Source: Octopus sinensis (lineage: Eukaryota). Taken from it: a stretch of DNA of 64,000 nt. Below are positions 42,409 to 56,735 of this stretch, piece after piece. A program made the position numbers and the translations under genes. The notes beneath the pieces are model-generated. The model worked only from the letters and a program-made list of their open reading frames with translations, did no database searches and was not told the origin of the DNA. Position 1 is the stretch's first letter. Every line of letters starts with the position of its first letter. The DNA lies in assembly GCF_006345805.1 (NCBI RefSeq), contig NC_042997.1:18104001-18168000 (forward strand), written 5' to 3'.

Positions 42409-42796
42409 TACATACATGCATACATACACATACACACACAAACAATCAATCCCAAAAAATGAAAAAAACACAAGAAAAAACAACGCAAGGACGTGGTTCA
42501 TGCAAAGTATTAAAAGACCAGGTGTTGTGAGTGTTTGATGAGTGAAAACACCTAAGGCTCCATGAGGCTCCGTGAGGGAGTGATGGTGAACCCAGCTGTA
42601 TACTTTCACCACAACTTTCTCTCACTCTTTCTTCCTGTTTCTGTCTATCATATCTGTTCATAAGGCTTTGGTTGACTTGGAGCTATCATTGCTGTGGGAC
42701 TGAACCTGGAGCCATGTAGTTGGGAAGCAAACTTCTTATCACACAACAATGCCTGTACTTATGCATATACATATATATATATATATGTGCGTGAAG

Positions 42797-42829
<33 letters not shown>

Positions 42830-42883
42830 GTGTGTGTGTGTCCGTGTGTGTGTGTGTGTATAAACACACACACACATACACGC

Positions 42884-43970
42884 ACGAGGTTGGGCTGAAC
42901 AGTTCATAGGCTATGAAGGGGTGATGCTAGAGCTGTGAAATCTTACACCCTTTCATTTTGATACTTTTTATTTATAACTGCATTGTTTCTTTCTAGGTAA
43001 ACTGACATCTCACTGTTCAAAGGAGACTTCAAATGTAACTAGAAGTGACCTCTCATGAAAATGGACAAAATGCCACATTGTGGTGTTATCAAGTACATGC
43101 AGGAAAAGTGTTTAACCCCCAAGGACATTATGGTCGCTACATTAAGGATGAAACTCCAGCTTTATCAAAAGTGCAAAAGTAGGCAGCTCAGTTTTGGAGG
43201 GGAAGAGAGAATCTTGAAGATGATCCAAGGTCTGGACACTCTACAAATTCCACCACTGAGAAAAACATTGATTGTCTTCACTACATGGTGATGGATGATA
43301 AGTGATCAACTGTAAATTGAAAAGATAATTCTATAAGCATACACCATGAGAAATTTGAAAATATTCTGCACTGTAAACTTGGCATGATGAAGGTTTCTGC
43401 TAGGTGGGTGCTGCATTTTCAAGGATGAATGTTGGCTTCATCACTTTGACCAAGAGACAAAGAGATAATCCATGCAATGGAAACACCCCTCCTCGCCTTC
43501 TGCAAATAAAACCAAGGTTGTTTGCAGGGAAGTTGATGACCTGAGGTTTTTGGAATTCAAAAGGCAATGGGTTTATTGACTATCTTGAAAAGGCCCCACC
43601 ATAATGGAGAGTACTATGCTAACTTGCATGAGGCAGCTACAAACCAAATACTCAAGCAAACTGATGAAAGGGATTTTGTTTCATTGGGATGATGATCCAG
43701 CAAACAAGTCCTTTGTTTCAATGGCTGCTGTGCATGACTGTGGCTTTGAACTGGTTTGTCACCCTCCCTCTTCTCCTGATTTGGCCCCATTTGACTATCA
43801 TCAATTCCCCAACACGAAAAAACACTTGACTAGAAGCCATTATCACAATGCTGATGGCTTTCTTCGACGAACAGGATAAAAGCTTCTTCACCAATGGATT
43901 CCAAGCACTGCAATAACGATAGAAAATGTGCGTGAACCACAAGATTGAAAAATAGCCCTCATTTGGTCAC
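42884..43970 (+). mobile_element. Decayed mariner (third subfamily), 3' end truncated
   Basis: Start acgaggttgggctgaacagttc; CGVIKYMQEK N-terminus; LFHWDDDPA and HPPSSPDLAPFDY motifs. Confidence 0.8.
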
Positions 43971-44015
43971 TAAGATTTAGAGATATAAACATACATACAT
44001 ACATACATACGCACT

Positions 44016-44084
<69 letters not shown>

Positions 44085-44194
44085 TGAGTGTTATAAATAT
44101 TATCAACCACACACGCTCAACGTATGTAATGTAATTCATTATTCAATTTAATCTTACATGTGCTTTGCTATGGCATACCAGCAAATGATTTTGA

Positions 44195-44233
<39 letters not shown>

Positions 44234-44685
44234 CACAGACTGGTGATTCGATGTTCCCAATTTGATTCATGTATGTGATGTTGATAAATCACAAAAATGG
44301 CAAAGTATCGGTATGTGTCTGTCACTTCTGAAATTCATGAGGTGAGTTGTCTTACCAGTCTACGACTTTCAGGGAGTAGTGATATATCATAGCAAATGCA
44401 AAAAGACAGAACACGTACATTGAATATGTGTGGCTGACAATATATATATATATATGTATATAAAACTATAAATTAGGGTATCTGAGAGATACCATTACAC
44501 TGAAATACCAGTCAAAACCTTGACGCTATAGCCACATTAAATGTTCATATAGCACTAGGAGAGTAGACAGAGTGACAAAATAAACTAGCAAAAAAGATTT
44601 TTCTGGATAATTCAAGATCCTGGATTTCTGACTTGGCATAAGCTCTGCCTTCTTCAGTTGAATATACCAGATAGCACATAAATAC

Positions 44686-44725
<40 letters not shown>

Positions 44726-44899
44726 TGTGTGAGTGTGTGTGTGGGTGTGTGTATGCATGCATGTATGTGTGTATGTATGGATATATATATATATATATAT
44801 ATGCATGTATATATGTGTGTCTATATATATCATAATATACATAGATATGTATGTAATAGTTGAAATTTACAGAAAAACAGAAGATGAAGACAGGTGTAT

Positions 44900-45890
44900 G
44901 AACAACAAGCAGGTGTATTAGTTTGACACTCGGAAAAGTGAGAAAGTCTTTTACATTTCAAGCTTATGCACATCAACAGAAAGGAATAAGAGAGAATATA
45001 TAGTGACAATAAAAAAACTTGTGGATTTAGTGATCAATCATGGCAACTGGTTGGGAAAAAAAACGGTTTGACAGAAGAAGTAGAAAGAAAGGGAGATAAT
45101 AAAGTATTGGTGATCTCAAAATGAGGCTGCACATGTGTGTGTGTGGATAGGGGCTAGAGACTTTGACATGTGGATGTGTGTGTGTGTAAGTGTGTGCGTC
45201 TGTAATGTGTGGGTGTGTGCATGTGCGGATGGTGTGTGGGTGCGTAGATGATGGTGTGTGGTGTGGGTGGGGTGTATAGATGATGGTGTGTGGTGTGGGT
45301 GGGGTGTGTGATCTGGTGTGGTTGTGTGGTGGTGTGTGGGCGTGCAGGTGTGGGGTGTGTGGGATGTAGGTGAGGGGTGGTGGTGGGTAGGGTAGGGTAT
45401 GTGGGAGTGGGGGTAAGGGGTGGAATGAGGGTAGAGGGAGTATCAATGAAGAGAGAAGCTGGGTAGGAGTGAAGAGAGGAAGTGGGTATCAGAGCATGAG
45501 AGGAGAGGAGGGGGAGTCATATGAAGAGAGGAGGGAGAGTTAACCCCATATAACACAAAGGAGTGAAGAGAGAAGATTAATTCCTGTTTATGGCAATGAG
45601 AAGTCTGGATAGCCCCTGTGCAAAGATAATCTGAATGCAGACAGGTGTTGTAGTGAATGACCGGTAGAACGGAAATGGAGCAAGACAGAGGTGTCATTGC
45701 TGAGTCTGATTTCTTGGAGGTGCTCCATGAACTGGTCAGCTAAGCAGTATCCCATTTGACTGATATACAGAGAAGGGCAGAAAGAGCAGGAGATGCAGTA
45801 AATGATATTGCTAGAAGCGCAAATAAAGGAGTTGGTGATATGATAGGGACATTGATGAGTGCCTGTGAGGATGGTGGTGTTGGAGAGGTG
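44900..45890 (-). mobile_element. Penelope-like element 3' part: GIY-YIG endonuclease remnant plus terminal repeat with a decayed hammerhead
   Basis: [19 protein letters not shown]...FMEHL...HFRSTGHS; terminal ctttctgttgatgtgcataagcttgaaatgtaaaag. Confidence 0.75.
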
Positions 45891-46025
45891 TGTGTATGTA
45901 TATATGTGCGTATATATATGTGTATATATGTATATGCATATATATCTTATATATATATATTTATGTATGTGCTTGTGTATGAGTATTAATGTACATATAC
46001 ATATGTACATATAGATATATGTGTA

Positions 46026-46120
<95 letters not shown>

Positions 46121-46807
46121 ATATATATATATATATGTGTGTGTGTATGTATATATATATATATGTATGTATGTGTGTGTGTCTGTGTGTGTGTACATAA
46201 CTGAAATCTAGTGGTCATATTTATATTCAGAGACAGCTTAATTGAAGATTACAATAATTCAGTTTGAGAAGTAATATAGAAAATATTTGTTTCAGTTTTA
46301 TATGTCAGTGTTATTGATTATTTTCGAAATATTTCGAAAATATAGTCACAGAATCAAATGAATATGAGCTATAAGATATAATTGGTCCTTTTTGTTAAAG
46401 TTGTTATTACTTGCTTGGTATTCATGATATTTCCACACTTCAAACACTCGTATATTCATTTGTACTTGTATATAAACATATATATATAAGAACATACACA
46501 GATATACACTATACACAGAGGCAAACATATGTATGCATATATATGAGATATCATTAGAATATCTATGTATATAGTATGTATATGCATGTGTGTATATATG
46601 TACAAATGTATGTGTGTATATATATATATGTGTGTGTGTGTATATGTATATATATATATATATGTATATACGCACATAAATACACATGTATATATATATA
46701 TACATACACATATATATCTGTGTGCATGTGAGTTTGTGGTTGTGAATGTATGTACACAGCAAAGCAACATATTGAGATATAACTGAGTGCTTATATGTAT
46801 ATATGTA

Positions 46808-46863
<56 letters not shown>

Positions 46864-48144
46864 GCATATATATATACACATGTATATATATATATGTATA
46901 TATATATATAATATATATATATATATATAGATATATACATATAGATGTGTGTATATATATATATATATGTATAGATATATACATATAGATATATATATAC
47001 ATACATGCACTATATATATGTATATAGATATATATATATACATACATGCACTATATATGTGTATGTATATATATATATATGTATATGTATATATATATTA
47101 TGTGTGTGTGTGTGTAAATGTGTGTGAACATAGGAGGAAGAAAGAGATAGAGTAATATATTATATTATATTATATTATATTATATTTACATACACACTGT
47201 ACAGAGTTGTTTGTATATATTCTAATGGTATACAGCATTCCATCTTCCACTTTGTCTCCTTTTTCCTCCTATGTGCACACACATTTATATATATATATAT
47301 GTGTGTGTGTATATGTGTGTGTGTTTATATATATATATATATATATATCTAAACACACACATATACACACACACATATATATATATATACATACATTTAT
47401 GTATCTATATATATATACACACACAAACACTTCCATACACTTACAATATTTGTGTTCTTCAAAGAATATTAGCTAGTGATTGTGGTTGATTGATCAAAAG
47501 TCTTTCTCTTATTATTGTCAGTATTGTCTTTTGCTTAACGTTTTGATCTTTTATGCTTCAATACAGTATGGTTTTATAAAGAGAATAAATGTCAGCAAAT
47601 TGTAATACAAGATGAAAACTCCTAAGATGCAAGCAAAGAGTAGATTGAAACATACTAACTAATATATTGATTGAAATATTTAAGAATATGAGAGACAAAA
47701 AAATTTCTTTGAAAATGTGCAACACTAATCTTCTGCATATGGATATAATAGGAAGCAAAAATTTTAGAAAATATCAAATATTCATATTGTATGGAAATGA
47801 AGTGCCAGCATAGATCATATATAATAAAATATAATATAATTCCTGCACGTTTATACATACATACATATACACATACAGACACACACATATGCATACGTGT
47901 GTGCGTATATCTTTCTACAAATCTAGCTATATATATAAATACATACATGCATATATGTGTGTGTCTGTGTAACTGTATACATATGTGTGTATATAAATAT
48001 ATATAGGTACATATATACACTTAAATATATGTATATATACATACATATAACGTACATATATAAAGATTAGCATATCTATGTGTATATTCATATATGTAAT
48101 ATTTAAATAGATATAGATACATATATATGCATATGTATGTATGC

Positions 48145-48181
<37 letters not shown>

Positions 48182-48331
48182 TATGCATATGTATGTATGT
48201 ATATATATATATATATACGTGTGTATGTGTGTGTGTGTGCATGTATATACACACACATATATGTATGTATGTATATAGGCAGATGTTAGACAATGATGAG
48301 TTATATTTATCTGTAAATATAAAGAGAAAGT

Positions 48332-48396
<65 letters not shown>

Positions 48397-48830
48397 GCAA
48401 AAGGGACCTCATAAATCAAAGGAGCTTATAGTGGAGAAACTCTAAGCTCCAACAGAGCAAATTTGCTGAGTAAAAGTGGTAGGTCTTGGATAATTATGCC
48501 TACATTTTGTCCTGAGAAGATTTTTGACCACCGACCATGGATAATTGTTCTTCCTCCTATGTGCTGGTATTACTCTCTTGCCACCCCCCAATTAACCTTA
48601 AAATATAGGTGAAGAATAAAACCCATTCTGCAAGCACTTTGGTGTAACTCTTTGCAACATTACAAGAGAAGAGAAGAACTTTACAGAAATTGTCAAGTGG
48701 ATGTTCCTGCAGAGAGTTAAGGCCAATTGGCAGCAGGTATCAGATATCACTATCTGAAGATATCAAATTCGTAAGGAAGAGAGATAAGGTACCAAAAACA
48801 AATGAAGATGTGGGTGATCCATTTTCTATT

Positions 48831-48874
<44 letters not shown>

Positions 48875-48875
48875 C

Positions 48876-48906
<31 letters not shown>

Positions 48907-49494
48907 CAGAAAGAAAGAGAAAGGGTGACAGAGATGGACAGAGAGACAGAAACATTGTGGTAGAGACAAGAGGAGTTAGAGAGATATAAATTAGAGATTT
49001 ATCTGATTGTGAGAAAAGACCGTAGGTCTCTTTTGAAGAAATCACCTGCATTTTTTGTTTTTAGGTAAGATTCATCCACTTACTAGGAGAATATTTTTGG
49101 TCATGTGGGTATGATTTGAAAACCTCCGTCTTGGAGTTTAGGTAAACTTTCTGGTTGAAGATAGTTCTTTAGTACCTTACATGCAGATTCTGCAATTCTT
49201 ACTACCATTGCAATATGGTATGCAGCTTTCAGTCAATCTCTAGCTTATTAGACTTCTCTTTCAAAATCTATTGGTTCCTGATTAATGTTTAGCTTATCCT
49301 GGATTGCGTCTTGAAGGAACTGTTTCATGCACTGACATGTCATTATATTTGTATCATCTCACTTCTGCTTTATATACAGCAGTCTTCGTTTTTCAAGTGT
49401 TGTTTTTCAGGTACGTGATATTACCTCTGGATGAGCAGACTACCTCTGTGTTAGTCACGGATTATTTACTAAAATCTGTTTCATATTTACTCTT

Positions 49495-49887
49495 GCTCTT
49501 TTACTCTTTTTCTTGTTTCAGTCATTTGACTGCGGCCATACTGGAGCACCGCCTTTAATCGAGCAACTCGACCCCGGGACTTATTCTTTTGTAAGCACAG
49601 TACTTATTCTATCGGTCTCTTTTGCCGAACCGCTAAGTAACGGAGACATAAACACACCAGCATCGGTTGTCAAGCAATGCTAGGGGACAAACACACACAC
49701 GCATATATATATGTACATATATACGACGGGCTTCTTTTAGTTTCCGTCTACCAAATCCACTCACAAGGCTTTGGTCGGCCCGAGGCTATAGTAGAAGACA
49801 CTTGCCCAAGGTGCCACGCAGTGGGACTGAACCCGGAACCATGTGGTTGGTTAACAAGCTACTTTCCACACAGCCACTCCTGCGCCT
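49495..49887 (-). mobile_element. Young SINE, family A
   Basis: Near-identical to 35520-35918; the head motif gccactc(c/a)tgcgccta is duplicated at 49872-49905. Confidence 0.9.
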
Positions 49888-50149
49888 ATAGCCACTCATG
49901 CGCCTATTGTGTACCCAAATTATATCTTTTGTGTTCATCTATGAAATAGTTTCTACAATTATGTTTGAGTGTGAAGTGTTTGCATATCAATTTAAGTTAA
50001 GGAAGGTCATGGGACTTCTACGGATTTTAGCATTTAGTGAGAAGAGACTGCAAACAAACCCATTTTACATTGGAACTTTTTTTTATAGGAGCAATGTAAT
50101 AATACTCTATTTGTAGTCACTTGTATGCAGGGTCTCATTTTGAATAGGA

Positions 50150-50960
50150 GCCATTCTCTTGAATATTTCCTTTCCAGAGAATAAATTTCCTCTTGCTTAA
50201 ACATTTCACAAAGCTGATATATATATTGTAGCTGAGTAGTAGGAAGTTATGTTATTATAAATCAGCTTACCGTTCAGCTTGCAGAAGGGCAATTAAGAAC
50301 TAAAATCTAGATTCAATAACCTCTAAGAAATTAACAATGGACATGTTTGCATTTATGACGATCTTAGTACAGAAGGAATTAAGAATATGGAACAGGACTA
50401 TTCTTAATCTATCAAGATTATTACTATTTGCACCACTGGATATAGCCACGGTGTCATCTTTGATAAGGCCAAATGTGGTTGCTGGGAATTTTCTACTTAG
50501 GGCATCTAGAATGCTTAGTTCTGTGTTCTAAAATGTCCTCGCTGCCAAACGATCCCATTCTCACATCAATGGAGTCATCCAGGTTCAGCTGACTCAGGTT
50601 GATTCTTTGTTGAAGAAGAGGATCTTCCTGGCGTGTATAACTTTATTTATGCCTCTACGTTTAATGTCAATGTATACCTTAGCAAATCGGGTACCTTACA
50701 CAATAGCTCTCTGTTATATACGGGTAAAAATCCACATATCGAATTGACTTTGTCTTGCTCCTCTAGCTTTTGTCTAAGAACCATGAAATGGCTTCGATAG
50801 TGTTGTGCCGTAGACTCTAGTTAGAAGCTTTCATGTCATCACCAATCATCATTTGTAAATATTTGTCCACTGTGTCAATATCTGGTTTAGCGGTGTCTAT
50901 TAAAACACAACAGTTGTCTTTGGAGTTGAAATTCGAATTGTAATCATTAATCTTGATGAA
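50150..50960 (-). mobile_element. Penelope reverse transcriptase remnant
   Basis: DVRMGSFG...FGLIKDDT...IVNFLEV correspond to the Penelope RT motifs FDVxMGSxDG, GLYRDDG and VNFLDV. Confidence 0.7.
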
Positions 50961-53360
50961 AACATTCTGATCGCCTTAAGATGAATTTCGCCTCTAACAT
51001 CATTTCCTCATTTGGAACAGATATTTATTTTGTCATTCAACCTTATCACTGCTGAACAGCGAGAGGTTGTATGACAGTGTCCATGAGGTTGCTCAACTTA
51101 CTAAACTAGCAAATGTATCCTTTTTAAATCACATTCCATTATCTAATGTGGTCTTGGATCGCTATGTAAGAACTGAAGAAGGGATAGTGGACACTGTTGG
51201 AATGCTTTTGGTTATATGTCTTTCGAATCAGAACTGACTTTGAATAGAAAACAACCAAAATCTACATCAGAAACTTCAGGTCACCAAAGTAATTAAATAA
51301 ATTTTTGTTCTGCATTGAGTATATATATCCTAACTCAACTCTCTCTACAATCAATGTCTTTTGGTTCGTTGGACTTTTATACCAACGCTATTGACTCAGA
51401 TGTAGAATTGTTATTTTGAACTGCCTGCATCTGTTTATCTCTTCAACTCCCCGAATTTCACATTGACATATCAACTTTCCAAATGCTCTTGACCTCTTTT
51501 AGAACGTTAAACCTAACCTTTCTATCCTACTTTAAAAGTCTTTAAGATCATCTGATTTAATGCCATAAAATCATATGACCACTACCTAACCAAGGCAATC
51601 CCCTAATGTCATTCTTCCGCTTAATAACTTCTTTATTGTCCATCTCATACAATCCAGGTAAATAAACAGAACTCTGTCAAATATATGCTGACTCCTCACT
51701 GCAGCAAATATGTATCACAACTGATCCAGGGAAAACAGTGTAGCAACTGACCGATGTCACACTTTTTGTTATAGTACCTCACATCTTTCACGCAATTTCA
51801 TCAATGGAAGCACACAACCACCGAACTCCCAAAGAGTTCCCCTACGACTGCATTGCAATTAAGTAGTATTTGAACATGGTTATGCTACCTGAAAAAAAAG
51901 AAGAAAGAACAGCAGCAATTGTAAAGTATTCATTCATCATTGAAGAAAGGGATCATTTCGTGCAAAAACTTTTTTCACATCAAATCGTTATGGGATTTGT
52001 CAACAAATCTCAACCAAGATAGTTCTATACATAGACATTCTTCAGCAAAGGTGGTTGTATTCAATTCCATTGTACCTCGAATATGCTGCGCCATAAACAT
52101 ATGACAAAATCTTTCACAAATCTACCTTCCCGTGTGTTACATATAAACACTTTCCAAGGGTGGGAGCTTTACCCCCGTTACTCACACTTACTAAAGTAGC
52201 CACTGCTGACGAGGTTCCATAGTTTCTCTTAATACGAAATTCTCAAACCTTCTTTTCTCTAACATGATCTACCTCACCGTATGCGCACATAAGATTTAGT
52301 CGCTCATAGCACCCTTATTCTCTCTTTAAAAGGGACGGACATACAGTAAAAGGAGGTTCTAGACACATGCTAAAACGTGCTGAGATTGAATGATTTTGAT
52401 CACAGGTCTATTCAATCAAGGATCACTTAGGGCAAAACAACAACACTAGCAGCAATATAGGACAGGTTATCCCATTCTGTAGATGGACAACATATCCGAT
52501 TTCAACTACGGACCTCTCTCTTGACGTCTTTAATGTATGGAATACGCCACAAACACATCCTCTTGCGTAACTTAATATATTGATTGATCAACAGTATTGC
52601 TCATACTGTACAACATAAACCGAAGGCCTGCTCAGCAATGTAACAAAACAAGTAGTTCTCTAATTCTTACAGTTGTCTTATAATTTTGAACCTTTAAGCT
52701 GGTATTAATATAACTTAAAATTAAATTTTCTCTGATCTTTACCGATTTATCTATACAGAATACGACTTCAACCTTATGAAATGCTTTTGTCCTTGACATC
52801 GATCAATAAATACCACCTGGTTTCTACCTCTTATACAAGAAATCTGCTGCTGCACAACTTTCTTGCAGTATGCGTTTTAGTCCTCCCTATCACACATCTA
52901 CAAATTATGGTGTGCGCCTGAGCTTGTTTTTTTTGTCTCCAATAGTTTACCTCTTGAACAACGATCCTAATTAACTGATGCAACCTTTCATTTTACTAAA
53001 TCTTTTGCAAAGATGTCATCCATGTTCAGTGGAGACACTTTATGCCATTGCTAATAGGAAACTAATGGCTTACAGATTGCAATCATTTCCCCCTAAATTT
53101 CTCTTCTCTGCCGTTTCACACTTCCTAAGCCCATCACTAGATATATTCTTCACTCATTCTTTCTTAAAACCGCATCCCTCAGGAACCACCTCTCGCACAC
53201 ATTTCTTATTTTTATTTTTTACCTAGCATCAGCTTATAGAAGTTCAAGCTGAATATCAACAATATTGACCTCTCTAGTTTGAGAAGGCCTGCAAAGGCTA
53301 TTAGCATCGCTTCTTGCTTTATGCATAAATAATAAATAATGGATTGCACACACATACGCC

Positions 53361-53400
<40 letters not shown>

Positions 53401-53469
53401 TACACACACATACTCACATAAGTCATCAACACAACTAAAACTTGAAATGCAATATTGATTTCTACGTAC

Positions 53470-53577
53470 ACCACGTAGTCTTGAATTTTAGATGAGAAGA
53501 TAAAAGATTGTGTTACACTCAGATCTTTCTCAAGGGCATTAATAATGTAAGCGAAATGATTTAGCAACCTTTTGGAA
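53470..53577 (-). CDS. Candidate upstream coding exon (SKRLLNHFAYIINALEKDLSVTQSFIFSSKIQDYV)
   Basis: Acceptor ccattttcag, donor GT|gtacgt, 108 nt symmetric phase 2-2 open frame. No family recognised and linkage to the PH exons is unproven. Confidence 0.35.
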
Positions 53578-56389
53578 CTGAAAATGGATATATCTTTCTA
53601 TTAGTTTACTTCTTTTTATTTTGCGGTGTTTGTTACTTTTAAGTAAAGTATTAATTGCATTCAGTAGACTGTATCTCTTCGTGGTTCTTAATTAAAGTTA
53701 TGTGGACTGGGCTCTTGAGAATACAGTCTTCGCTTTAGGTACAGAAACGAAAAAAAAAAAAAACTCTACTGACTATTTATTAACCATAAAATCTTTGACT
53801 GGCAGACAGGTATCTTTCGAATGAGCAACATGTGAATCTCAATATTAAAAGACATAAGGGACGAACGTAAAAATATCGGATATAGAATTATAGATAGTGA
53901 TAGTTAATGAAGTAACATTAATTACCAGATAAGTTGAAAAAGATAAGGAAGTGATATAAAAGAAAGAATCTCTCCCTCTTAACAAATCATAGTTAGAAAA
54001 TATCACAATCTGTATTTTTTATGATTTATTGAATATTTGTGATTTCGGGGTTTTTACATGTTCAAGTAATGCTTTGCATTAGATTCAATTTGACATCAAT
54101 GAATTTTGTTAGTTCTGTTCTCCCGAGGATACACAAAGAGATAAAGTACAAAACATTCAAGTCTAGTTCAAACAATTTTTTACTACCTTTCTTCAGGCTA
54201 TATATGTAAATGGTGATTACTTATGTCATCTTAACCCCTAGGTTATCATAGAGAATTTTGGTATAAATTTCTTTGCACTTTCCTTATTTTGTCAGGAGGG
54301 AACTTATATTTACTGACATTGGATAGCTCAAGTAGCTTCTTAAAAAGCAAGAACAGTTCACATTATCGATTCAGTGTTGTCATCGTATAGAAAATGACAG
54401 AACATATAAAAAAATGGAAGAAAGGAAATTAGAAATAATGATGTCGTAATTTGCTATAAGTAGTCCCTGGTGGCCAAAGTTCAGAAGAAAATTTACCTTT
54501 AGGCTTTGACAATGAGAAAAACATAAAAAATTCCAGTAATGGATATAAAGTATTCAGAATGTCTCATGCTTTCTTGATTAGATATTATGTTTCTCTTTTT
54601 TCTTTTGCGTTTGAAGATAGCCAATGGTCATAAGATATAGTAAATTGTTCGTAAAAGTTTATAATTAACTAACAGCAAAGTAATTTGATGTCAAACTACA
54701 AGACTATCAGAAAGTTTACTGCAGATAAAGAATTTATTTATTGCTATCCTTCATCCGGAAATGAATTCTAACCACAAGAATTCATAGATAAAGAGAATTA
54801 TCGAGATAAATATACCTAAAGGCTAGAAAGTTGTCTTGTGAGTATGCAACGGAATAAAATAAACTTCAAATGAATGAAAAGAAAATTCTCGAGTAATGAA
54901 GATAATATGGAAAGAAAAATTGATAAGATATATTAACGCATCGATCAAATTCGGGGAAAAATTTTAAGGTAGCAAAATAAAGAGATTTTTCTTGGTTTGC
55001 TTATGGGTAGTACAATTTACCAGAAGATTTCTACAATTCCCTTGTTAAAACCATTGATTTGTACTACAGAAAGCTATTATTATGAAACAATATATTTGAT
55101 AGAATAAGTCTTTATCTCTTGTCATGAAACCGTGAACATTTTCCTTGAAATGCTGGAATACAAGTGATATTTCTTTGAATACATTTAAAAGCAATTTAAA
55201 GAAAACCACATTTTCCTGAATTTTATGTTTACTTTACAGCCAGCTTGACTTGATTGCTGCAGACACCTCTCTTTTATATTTGCGTTATGTATGCACTAAA
55301 TTTAGTTTCTTACATTGTTTGAAATAAAACCATTTTTAATTACCTTTTCCCCCTAGCTTAATAATAAAATAGAATGAAAGATCAAATTAATGAAGATTGT
55401 TCCAAGTGCGTGTCCTGCTAGTCTTGTGGAGCGTGCTCTGACATAAGTAATCCTCACAGGAACTTTTATAACCATTTGAAAAGCAAGAAGAATGTAACCA
55501 ATAAGGAAAAAAAAAACTCAACAATATATAACTTTTAATAAAAAAAAAAACTAAAGTGTTTGCCATTTAGAATTTTACATTTACCTTCAAAAAGCAGAGA
55601 GTAAACTATTCTTCCTGTTCTTTTTAATTTGTTTTTTAAGAATAGAAGTATCCATTGTATTCGTCTTATACAGAGAATTATATCAGCTTTTAGTTGCATC
55701 AGAAAGGCATGATTAGGCGAATCTTAGTCAAGTGGAGGCTCACATCAGTAGACCGTTTACACCCAGAATCAATCAAGGTGCACTCAGTGATATATTTGAC
55801 CTCTAAGAATAGCCGATAGTTGTACATTACTAGCATAATTCTTAGCTCAAAGGAATTTAGACCCGAAAATGTTAATATAAAAGAAGTTAAGCACATAAAG
55901 AGATTTAGGATATGGATTGCTAATTAGAAAATATGGTTTAGCTACATGGCTGTATAACTAGCTACATATTATTACTAATTCTGTGGTGTCAGATCACCTA
56001 TATTACGAGGTGGTACTCTTCCCATATTACAGTTAGGTCTTTTCCAACCGTGGAAGCTCAGGCTTCAGTACTATACAGTACTATGCGGAATGCATGTACG
56101 AGAATCTCGTAAAAAGTTCTTCCCACTGAGAATCCTTCCACACATGCAGTATAGACCATGTTGCTCTTGTTGTCATTATTGTAATCAGTGTTGCTTAATA
56201 TACATTTTTCAGAGAATTGTGATTGAAATGAAATCATTAGGCATTAAATGAAATAAATTTTAAATATAATATGGTGCACATAATTTGTCCATCTTAAGAT
56301 CCCAATTCGTGCCCCATTTGAAGCACTGTGCTATTGTAGGTGGGTTTATAGAAGTTTATTTTTCGAGTAGGAAGCTACGAAATTCTTAC

Positions 56390-56735
56390 ATTCTCTCGAT
56401 TTTCTCTAATTCAGACAACCTCATGGTCCCAGAAGACGAAATGGGAAAGGTATTGTCTCGGAGGATAGTGAGGGAAATGCGCTGGAACAGCCACTCTGAC
56501 GCACGGGGTTCGAACTTGCGGATGGCCATCTCCGCCCCGATAGTGGTGAGCAGGGATATGGTCCGGGGTCCAAGAACGCCGGAGGTCTTCACTACTATAG
56601 GCTCGACCATAAACCCGTCAGAGAGCGACCGATACATTGATAGTTTGCTTTTTTCAGCCCGACGAGCAATAGAGCCTAGGATGGTAGCTGAACACACCAA
56701 GATGTCGCTGGAGAACGTGTTACAACATGACACAT
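56390..56735 (-). mobile_element. CRE-like non-LTR retrotransposon C-terminal (restriction-like endonuclease) fragment
   Basis: ARRAEKSKLSMYRSL...VEPIVVKTSGVLGP...EPRASEWLFQRISLTILRDN fits the AExxKxxKY..PxAVETxGxWG..FLxQRLSxAxQRGN pattern. Confidence 0.7.

Noticed and set aside
28573-48730. Plus-strand exon-like segments at about 28.6, 37.25, 38.7, 44.25 and 48.65 kb
   Set aside because: Isolated, often with stops or weak sites; insufficient to propose an overlapping antisense gene.
51400-52900. Possible long decayed Penelope on the plus strand
   Set aside because: Only faint motif traces; too degraded to delimit or assert.
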